Of a DNA stretch of 34,047 bases, positions 16,575-23,939 are shown piece by piece (the first letter of the stretch is position 1; every line of letters starts with the position of its first letter). The DNA is taken from positions 1 to 34,047 of the forward strand of contig CAMDBK010000004.1 of the NCBI GenBank assembly GCA_945889235.1, given 5' to 3'. Below the pieces are notes generated by a model. The model saw nothing but the letters and a program-made list of their open reading frames with translations, did no database searches and was not told where the DNA came from. Made by a program: the position numbers and the translations under genes. Source of the stretch: Chitinophaga pinensis (GTDB taxonomy: Bacteria > Bacteroidota > Bacteroidia > SXHM01).

Positions 16575-17566
16575 TTTATCTCAACCGTTTTCACATCACC
16601 CGCAGGAGTAATGACTTTGTAATGATTTTGAACTTTTGTTTCCACCGGTTTTTTCAAACTGAAACGCATTTTTATTTTGCAGGTATATTGCACTACAGGC
16701 TCCAGAACAACAGGATTTATAACCACATCAAAGTTGTGATACGAAAGCTGGTTGTAAAACATTACCACCGGTTTGCGAATTTCGGTTACGCCTGATTTTT
16801 TACCCACTGCCTCAATGGAAGAACTGCTTGCAGGCTGGTATTTTGAATACCTGTCAATCGGAAAAGTAACAGACGTTTGTTCTGTCAACACACGATAAAC
16901 CGTATCCAGATTTACTTTAAGGTCTTTGTAATTACTCATTTTCCGTTGTGAATAAGCAATAACTGAATCACGTAATGTTTCATAAACTGAACTTGTATTC
17001 TCCACAAAATAATCTACTTTTATCAAATCATAAATCTCATGCTTTGCAGCGGCAGTAAGGATTTTATCCATTGTTTCGCCCTTAGTAAATTTCACGTGAA
17101 TATTTTTCTGCAACTCAAAACCTTTGGGAACTTCATTATAGGTTTTGCTGAAAAACTTTTTGGTTACTTCCAGTTCATAAATCGGAACCTGCGAAACCAT
17201 GTCCAGAAAAATATCGGAAGGTTTAACTCCTGCAGCAGCCACTTCATTCACAAAATTCTGGTAGCGTGTGTTCAGCAAATCATTGGCTACAGAAGCATTT
17301 TCTCCCACCTGCGTCATGTTAAAAATAGCGAGATAGGCATCAGCCTTGCGGTTAAATAGTCCGTTTACTTCAAAGGTCATGCTGTTTTCATCAATCTGAA
17401 TTTCACGCGATATGTTAAAGCTGTTTTGCCAGGTTAACTCTTCGCTATTCTGGTAATTGTAGCGGTTATCAATGCCATACATGGAGTTGCCGACTGCCTG
17501 TGAAAAGCAATTAGAAACAAGCAAGAGACAAGAGACAAGAGACAAGAGATTTAGAAAACTTTTCAT
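16571..17566 (-). CDS. Exported protein, probable SIMPL (DUF541) domain
   Basis: Signal peptide, then 'V.G....KAD...A.F...Q', 'GV...DI', 'GFELQKNIHVKF' and 'ILTAAAKHEIYDL.KVDY', resembling SIMPL/YggE-like proteins. Confidence 0.55.
   Translation of the reverse strand: MKSFLNLLSLVSCLLLVSNCFSQAVGNSMYGIDNRYNYQNSEELTWQNSFNISREIQIDENSMTFEVNGLFNRKADAYLAIFNMTQVGENASVANDLLNTRYQNFVNEVAAAGVKPSDIFLDMVSQVPIYELEVTKKFFSKTYNEVPKGFELQKNIHVKFTKGETMDKILTAAAKHEIYDLIKVDYFVENTSSVYETLRDSVIAYSQRKMSNYKDLKVNLDTVYRVLTEQTSVTFPIDRYSKYQPASSSSIEAVGKKSGVTEIRKPVVMFYNQLSYHNFDVVINPVVLEPVVQYTCKIKMRFSLKKPVETKVQNHYKVITPAGDVKTVEIK
17522..17549. repeat. Perfect heptamer tandem repeat (CAAGAGA)x4 inside a signal-peptide coding region
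   Basis: CAAGAGA at 17522, 17529, 17536 and 17543. The minus strand encodes (N)LLSLVSCLL. Confidence 0.92.
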
Positions 17567-17674
17567 GTAGTTTGATTTTTCAGGGTTTAAAGGTGGAGAA
17601 ATTTTTCTAATGACGTTTACTCCCTGTCAGATTTTATCCTCACATAAAAAATCTATTTTCGCCTGAATTTATAA

Positions 17675-20200
17675 ATGAGCCAAAGAAGACCGTTTCATTT
17701 GTTTTTTATTTTACTGCTTTTATCGGCAGCATTTCCTGCTTTTGCCCAAACTATTTCGCTAAGTGGAAGAGTAACAGATGCAAAAACAGGTGAAGCTATT
17801 CCTTTTGCCAATGTTACCATTGTTGGAAAGTTTGTTGGCGCACCTACCGACACGGCAGGTTATTATTCATTTCAGGCACCTAAAAAAACGGATAGCCTGC
17901 AGGTTTCTTCCATTGGTTATACAACCATCAAAAAAACAATACAGGAAGGCATTTCGCAAACTATTGATTTTGAATTGACATTCAATGAAGTTGCTTTAGG
18001 TGAAGTAGTAATCAACCCCGGTGAAAACCCTGCTGATGTGCTTTTCAGGCAAATGATTTCTGTAAAAGAAAAGCACAACATCAAAAATTACAACAGTCTT
18101 ATATACGAGGCGTACACCAAATACGAAGTGGATTTGGATAATGTAAACGCGAAAAGTCTTGACAAGAATTTATTGCTTTCACAATTCCCTATGCTGAAAG
18201 GTTATATAGATACCGTAACCGAAAAGGGCACAAGTATTCTTCCCATGTTTTTGATTGAAAATATTTCGGACAACTACTCAACAACCAATCCCGACAGGCA
18301 AATTGAGAAAATGAAAGGAGTGAAAATGTCGGGAATTGATAAGCAGGATTTTGTAACGGAGTTACTAAGTAACGTGAATCAGAATGTGAACATTTATGAA
18401 AACATGATTACCGTTTTGGGAAAGAGTTTTGTTAGTCCCGTTGCGGATTACGGGCTTAGTGTTTACAAATATTACCTTAATTTTTACGATACACTTTATG
18501 TGAATGGAGAGCCACATCTTCAAATGGAATTCAAACCCAAACGCAGAGGCGAGAATACCTTTAAAGGAAAAATGCTGGTAAATATCAAGTCTTATGCTGT
18601 GCGCAGCATCGAGGCTTCCTTATCTGACAATGTAAATATTGGTTTTGTGCACGACATCTCTTTTCAGCACGATTACAATTTTGTGGAATACAACGATACA
18701 GCCGGAAACTTTCAACAGGCTTGGGTTCCCAAACGCGAGAAACTCAAAATTAAATTCACCAGCAGTTTTGTGAAAGATGCAAAAATGATTGGAAAAAAAA
18801 CCAAGAGTTTTAAAGATTTTGTAGTCAATTCATCGCTCAGCGACACTGTTTTTTCTGCTTATAAAAGCACTGAAATAAATGAAGAAGCTTATTTGAAGGA
18901 TGATAGATTCTGGGAAGAGATGCGCCACGATACACTCCAAAAAACGGAAGCCGGAATTTACGAGATGGTTGACAGTCTCAAACGCACCAAGCGCTTCAGG
19001 TTGTTGAGATATGTTGCCATGTCACTCACCACGGGCTATATGCGAATTGGAAATAAAGTGGGTATTGGTCATGTGGCCGGATTGGTAAGTGGTAATCAGG
19101 TGGAGAAAGTTCGTTTCAAACTTGGATTTCAGACCACTAATAAATTCAGCGAGCGGGTGCAGCTGGAAGGACATCTTGCTTACGGATTAAAAGACGACCG
19201 TTTTAAATACGGAATGAAAGTGCAATTCATTATTGCTAAAAAGCCCTGGAACAAAATTAGTGTCAGCGGCAAAAGTGATATTGACTTTGCCAGCCGTTAT
19301 GCCGAAGACCTTATGGATCGTGATAATGTTACCACTTTTCTTCCTCGTGGTGTTGGACAGCGTTTGTATAATGTGGCCGAGGGAAAAATTGTTTATGACC
19401 GTGAGTTGCACAAAGATCTGATGACTTATTTTGGCATCAACTACAAAAATTTAAAACCGTTTTTTGACTTTGGGTATGTTCAAAATGATGTAATAAAAAA
19501 GCACATCACAGTTGCTGAGCTTTCTATTGGTATACGCTATCAGCGGGGTTCAAAAAATCTTCCCGGAACATTTAACCGTGATGCCGAAGCCAATAAATTC
19601 TTTGCACAATTCCGTAAGAAAAACGAATTCCCTGTAATGTTTGTGCGCTATACCTACGGGGCAAAAAATATTTTAAAAAGCAATTTTGAATACCACGATA
19701 TTTCTGCCGGATTGCAGGGTTCTTTTCAGGTATCATCTAAAATGTCGTTTTATTACAATTTGTGGGCAGGGAAAATTTTCGGCAAACTTCCCTTCTTATT
19801 GTTGAAAAACCCTGAAGGAAATTTCTCCTACTCACACAGCACATACTTCTTCAACAATATGAACTTGCTTGAGTTTTCAGCCGACCAGTACCTGAGCCTG
19901 AATTTTCAATATTTCTTTGGCGGATTGTTGCTTGATAAAATCCCGTTGATTAAAAAACTCAAATGGCGTGAATTAGTTACCTCCAATATTTTTTATGGCA
20001 ATATGAGTGTGGCCAACCGAAATTACAACAAACTCAATACTATTGATTATGCTTATCCTATTCCTTATGTAGAGGCAGGGTTTGGAATTGAAAACATTTT
20101 TAAGTTCCTAAGATTTGACGGAATTTGGAGATTAACCCATACCGACAAATCTGACATTATTGAATTTAGCCCTTACCTGAGTTTTCATATCAAGATTTAA
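17675..20200 (+). CDS. Outer-membrane protein with N-terminal carboxypeptidase-regulatory-like (CarbopepD_reg_2) domain and DUF5686-like body
   Basis: SGRVTDAKTGEAIPFANV...SSIGY...L.EVVI, then ENPA, YEAYTK, FVSP, FKPKR, 'FW...R..L', amphipathic beta strands and C-terminal PYVEAGFGIENIFK.LR.D. Confidence 0.82.
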   Translation: MSQRRPFHLFFILLLLSAAFPAFAQTISLSGRVTDAKTGEAIPFANVTIVGKFVGAPTDTAGYYSFQAPKKTDSLQVSSIGYTTIKKTIQEGISQTIDFELTFNEVALGEVVINPGENPADVLFRQMISVKEKHNIKNYNSLIYEAYTKYEVDLDNVNAKSLDKNLLLSQFPMLKGYIDTVTEKGTSILPMFLIENISDNYSTTNPDRQIEKMKGVKMSGIDKQDFVTELLSNVNQNVNIYENMITVLGKSFVSPVADYGLSVYKYYLNFYDTLYVNGEPHLQMEFKPKRRGENTFKGKMLVNIKSYAVRSIEASLSDNVNIGFVHDISFQHDYNFVEYNDTAGNFQQAWVPKREKLKIKFTSSFVKDAKMIGKKTKSFKDFVVNSSLSDTVFSAYKSTEINEEAYLKDDRFWEEMRHDTLQKTEAGIYEMVDSLKRTKRFRLLRYVAMSLTTGYMRIGNKVGIGHVAGLVSGNQVEKVRFKLGFQTTNKFSERVQLEGHLAYGLKDDRFKYGMKVQFIIAKKPWNKISVSGKSDIDFASRYAEDLMDRDNVTTFLPRGVGQRLYNVAEGKIVYDRELHKDLMTYFGINYKNLKPFFDFGYVQNDVIKKHITVAELSIGIRYQRGSKNLPGTFNRDAEANKFFAQFRKKNEFPVMFVRYTYGAKNILKSNFEYHDISAGLQGSFQVSSKMSFYYNLWAGKIFGKLPFLLLKNPEGNFSYSHSTYFFNNMNLLEFSADQYLSLNFQYFFGGLLLDKIPLIKKLKWRELVTSNIFYGNMSVANRNYNKLNTIDYAYPIPYVEAGFGIENIFKFLRFDGIWRLTHTDKSDIIEFSPYLSFHIKI

Positions 20201-20321
20201 TAAAACAAATAATCGTTTCATCAATATTCTCAAACGCTTATTTAGTTTTTATGTTTGTCTATTGCTTAATCATTAAGATTTTTATTCAAAGGAACATCTT
20301 TGCGAAACTCGGGAAAGTGCA

Positions 20322-20352
20322 TTTGGTATGGCTTTTTCTTTTGCTACTTTTG
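20322..20352 (+). promoter_or_regulatory. Bacteroidota sigma-70 promoter (-33/-7) for pdhA-glyQS
   Basis: TTTG (20322-20325), a 19-nt spacer, then TACTTTTG (20345-20352). It ends 21 nt before the ATG. Confidence 0.65.
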
Positions 20353-20373
20353 CGCAGGACTAAATAACAGACA

Positions 20374-21369
20374 ATGGCAAAGACAAAATTCAGCAAAGAA
20401 ACCTATCTGTACTGGTATGAATCCATGCTGCTTTACCGCAAGTTTGAAGAAAAGGCGGGACAACTTTACATTCAGCAAAAAATAAAGGGCTTTTGTCATT
20501 TATATATCGGACAGGAAGCATTGGTGGCAGGCGCAACAAGTGCCACACAACAGGCAGACAATGTGATTACTGCCTATCGTGATCACGTTCATCCGATTGC
20601 AAAAGGCGTTTCACCCAACGCTGTGATGGCAGAGCTTTTCGGAAAAATTACAGGCTGTTCAAAAGGCAAAGGCGGAAGCATGCATATGTTTTCCAAACAA
20701 TATCGCTTTTTTGGCGGACATGGAATTGTAGGCGGACAAATTCCGCTTGGTGCCGGAATTGCTTTTGCAGAAAAATACAACGGAACAAAAAATTTAACAC
20801 TCTGCTACATGGGTGATGGTGCCGTTCACCAAGGTGCTTTTCACGAAACATTGAACATGGCTATGCTGTGGAAGTTGCCGGTGATTTTTATTATCGAAAA
20901 TAACCAATATGCGATGGGAACTTCGGTGCAACGTTCCAGTAGCGTTACTGATTTATACAAATTGGGATTGGCATACGGAATTCCATCTTTTGAAGTGGAC
21001 GGTATGGTTTGTGAAGATGTGCATGATGCAGTTGAAGCAGCTGCAGCAACTGCACGTAAAGGCGAAGGTCCTACCCTGCTTGAAATGAAAACCTATCGTT
21101 ACAAAGGACACAGCATGAGCGATCCTGCAAAGTACCGCACCAAGGAAGAAGTGGAAGCATACAAAGCACAGGACCCAATTCAACGCGTGCTGGCAACTAT
21201 TACTAAAAATAAATTTGCAACTGATTCAGAGTTAGAAGAAATTAATGCGCGTGTAAATGCGCAGGTGGAGGAGTCGGTGAAGTTTGCAGAAGAATCACCT
21301 TTCCCTGATGCATCGGAATTATTTAAAGATATATACGAACAAGAGGATTATCCTTTTATTAAAGACTAA
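20374..21369 (+). CDS. pdhA: Pyruvate dehydrogenase E1 alpha subunit
   Basis: Motifs GFCHLYIGQEA, TAYRDH, GKGGSMH, ThDP motif GDGA...ENN.YAMGT and TYRYKGHSMSDP. Confidence 0.97.
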   Translation: MAKTKFSKETYLYWYESMLLYRKFEEKAGQLYIQQKIKGFCHLYIGQEALVAGATSATQQADNVITAYRDHVHPIAKGVSPNAVMAELFGKITGCSKGKGGSMHMFSKQYRFFGGHGIVGGQIPLGAGIAFAEKYNGTKNLTLCYMGDGAVHQGAFHETLNMAMLWKLPVIFIIENNQYAMGTSVQRSSSVTDLYKLGLAYGIPSFEVDGMVCEDVHDAVEAAAATARKGEGPTLLEMKTYRYKGHSMSDPAKYRTKEEVEAYKAQDPIQRVLATITKNKFATDSELEEINARVNAQVEESVKFAEESPFPDASELFKDIYEQEDYPFIKD

Positions 21370-21390
21370 ATTATCAGAGTAAACGCAGGT

Positions 21391-22920
21391 ATGAACAACG
21401 AAGATTTATTTAAAAATATTATCGGCCATGCTAAGGAGTATGGCTTTATTTTTCAGTCAAGTGAAATTTATGACGGACTTAGTGCTGTCTATGATTACGG
21501 ACAAACAGGAGTTGAACTGAAACGCAATATTCGTGAGTATTGGTGGAAGTCTATGGTGCAGATGAATGAAAATATTGTGGGCATTGATGCCGCTATTTTC
21601 ATGCACCCCACAACCTGGAAAGCTTCAGGACACGTTGATGCTTTCAATGATCCGTTGATTGATAACAAAGACAGTAAAAAACGATACCGTGCCGATGTGC
21701 TCATTGAAGATTTTGTAGCGAAGTTGGAAGACAAAATAAATAAGGAAGTTGAGAAAGCTGCGAAACGTTTTGAAAATTTTAATGCTGAAATGTTCATCAG
21801 CACCAATCCGCGGGTGGTGGAATACAAAACAAAAATTGATACCATCAAAAAACGCTTTGTTACCGCATTGGAAACCGACAATCTTGCGGATGTAAAACAG
21901 TTAATTATTGATTTAGAAATTGCCTGCCCGATTTCAGGAACCCGCAACTGGACTGATGTTCGTCAGTTTAACCTGATGTTCTCAACTGAAATGGGTTCAA
22001 CAGCAGAAGGAGCAAGCACTATTTATCTGCGACCTGAAACTGCACAGGGAATTTTTGTAAATTTCTTGAACGTACAAAAGACAGGAAGGATGAAAGTTCC
22101 TTTCGGAATTGCACAAATAGGAAAAGCATTTCGTAACGAGATCGTGGCACGTCAATTTATTTTCCGTATGCGAGAATTTGAGCAAATGGAAATGCAATTC
22201 TTTGTTCGTCCGGGAACGCAGAAAGAATGGTTTGCACATTGGAAAGAGCGCAGGATGAACTGGCACAAATCACTCGGCTTCCCAGATACTATGTATCGTT
22301 TTCACGAGCACGCAAAGCTGGCTCACTATGCAGATGCTGCATTTGATATTGAGTTTGATTTTCCATTCGGTTTCAAAGAGCTGGAAGGAATTCACTCCCG
22401 CACCGATTTTGATTTGAAGTCACATGAAAAATTCAGCGGAAAAAAACTTCAGTATTTTGATCCTGAGTTGAACGAAAACTATGTTCCGTATGTGGTAGAA
22501 ACTTCTATAGGACTTGACCGCACGTTCCTAGCTGTGCTTTCTGCTTCTTACAACGAAGAAAAACTGGAAGATGGTTCAGACAGGAGTGTTTTAAATATTC
22601 CTGACTTTCTTGCTCCTGTTAAAGTTGCTGTGTTTCCCTTGTTGAATAAAGATGGCTTGCCTGAGAAGTCGCGTGAGATATTTGACCGACTTAAATTAGA
22701 TCACGTTGTCAGGTATGAAGAGAAAGACACCATCGGTAAGCGCTACCGCAGGCAGGATGCGATTGGAACTCCTTTCTGTGTTACAGTTGATCACCAGACT
22801 TTGGAAGATAATATGGTTACGTTGCGTTACCGCGACAGTATGAAACAGGAACGTGTAGCAGTTGATAACCTTGCAAAGATTGTGGAGGAGAAAGTAAGTT
22901 TGCGGAAGGTGTTGGTTTAA
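21391..22920 (+). CDS. glyQS: Glycine--tRNA ligase (homodimeric, class IIa)
   Basis: Motifs WKASGH, FNLMF, YLRPETAQGIF, GKAFRNEI, FRMREFEQME, LAHYA, ELEG and ETS.G.DR, plus anticodon domain IGKRYRRQDAIGTP. Confidence 0.96.
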   Translation: MNNEDLFKNIIGHAKEYGFIFQSSEIYDGLSAVYDYGQTGVELKRNIREYWWKSMVQMNENIVGIDAAIFMHPTTWKASGHVDAFNDPLIDNKDSKKRYRADVLIEDFVAKLEDKINKEVEKAAKRFENFNAEMFISTNPRVVEYKTKIDTIKKRFVTALETDNLADVKQLIIDLEIACPISGTRNWTDVRQFNLMFSTEMGSTAEGASTIYLRPETAQGIFVNFLNVQKTGRMKVPFGIAQIGKAFRNEIVARQFIFRMREFEQMEMQFFVRPGTQKEWFAHWKERRMNWHKSLGFPDTMYRFHEHAKLAHYADAAFDIEFDFPFGFKELEGIHSRTDFDLKSHEKFSGKKLQYFDPELNENYVPYVVETSIGLDRTFLAVLSASYNEEKLEDGSDRSVLNIPDFLAPVKVAVFPLLNKDGLPEKSREIFDRLKLDHVVRYEEKDTIGKRYRRQDAIGTPFCVTVDHQTLEDNMVTLRYRDSMKQERVAVDNLAKIVEEKVSLRKVLV

Positions 22921-22934
22921 TACTTTGAAAATAA

Positions 22935-23887
22935 ATGAGAACACTTCTAATCTTATTCTCAGTTATTTTTTGCTTTAGTGCTAACGCACAAGACCCAACA
23001 TTTACACAATACTTTAGTAATCCAATTTATTTGAATCCTGCATTTGCCGGTTATGAAGGATGTTCCAGAATATCCACAGCATATCGGAATCAATGGCCAA
23101 AACTTTCAGGTAATTATCAAACAGGAAGTTTTTCGTATGACCAATATCTAAAGCAAGTTGCCGGTGGTGTTGCAATCAGGTACTTAGCCGATTTCGCAGG
23201 TGATGGAACTATACAAACGCATACTCTGTCTTTATCCTACTCTCCTTCATTCAGATTATTTAATAAAAAACTACTAATCAGTCCTGCTGTTGAAGCAGGG
23301 TGGTTAGGGAAAACTATTGATTGGAGCAAACTCACTTTTGGCGACCAGATAGATCCGAGGTATGGATATATTTATCCTAATGCAAATCCTTCAGAAATAA
23401 AAAACGGGTTGATGTTTTTGATTTTACTGCGGGATTACTTATTTCTCATGGCAACTTTGTTTATGGTGCAGCCTTTCATCATTTGACACAACCCAATGAA
23501 GGATTTGCGGGCACATCTAAACTTCCTTTAAAGATTACTGCTCATATTTCTTATGTTGCACAGTTGAATGATAACTTTAAAATATCTCCCTCTTTTCTTT
23601 ATCAGCAGCAACAGGATTTCCAACAATTAGTTCCAACACTTTCGTTTTATGTTTATGGGATTAAAGCAGGTGTTGGTTCTCGATTTAATTTTTTTAATGC
23701 TGATGCTGTTATCTTTCTACTTGGCTATAAAGGGAAATGGTTTTCGGCAGGATATAGTTATGACATAACCGTTTCAAATCTTGGAAATAGTAGAACAGGT
23801 GGAAGCCATGAACTCAACTTCATTGCACGGTTTAATTGCAAGAATAAGTCAGAGAAAAGAAAGGGAGTTGAGCAGGTGAATTTTTAG
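22935..23887 (+). pseudogene. T9SS PorP/SprF-family outer-membrane protein, split by a single -1 frameshift (pseudogene, recoded gene or sequence error)
   Basis: Frame 0 gives AQDPTFTQY...LNPAFAG..YRNQW...LTFGDQID. The -1 frame from about 23399 gives KKRVDVFDFTAGLL...AFHHLTQPNE...GYSYDIT.S.L...GGSHE. Joined length is about 317 aa. It merges ORFs 22935..23486 and 23483..23887. Confidence 0.85.
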
Positions 23888-23892
23888 ATGTG

Positions 23893-23932
23893 GCCCTTCG
23901 ACTATGCTCAGGGTGACAGGCTCAGGGTGACA
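23893..23932 (-). repeat. REP-like element plus a 13-nt partial duplication, between convergent genes
   Basis: GCCCTTCGACTATGCTCAGGGTGACA (23893-23918) is followed by a second GCTCAGGGTGACA (23920-23932). It shares the TCAGGGTGAC end with 219-228. Confidence 0.8.
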
Positions 23933-23939
23933 ATACGTG

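Noticed and set aside
20201-20373. ncRNA or riboswitch in the 173-nt gap before pdhA
   Set aside because: The gap is AT-rich with only a tiny palindrome (CTTAATCATTAAG). The predicted promoter leaves a very short 5' UTR.
5855-21369. The 13.5 kb between pdhB and pdhA as an island inserted into a pdh operon
   Set aside because: The order is B then A, each has its own promoter box, and there is no integrase, tRNA or flanking direct repeat. Dispersed pdh genes are usual in Bacteroidota.
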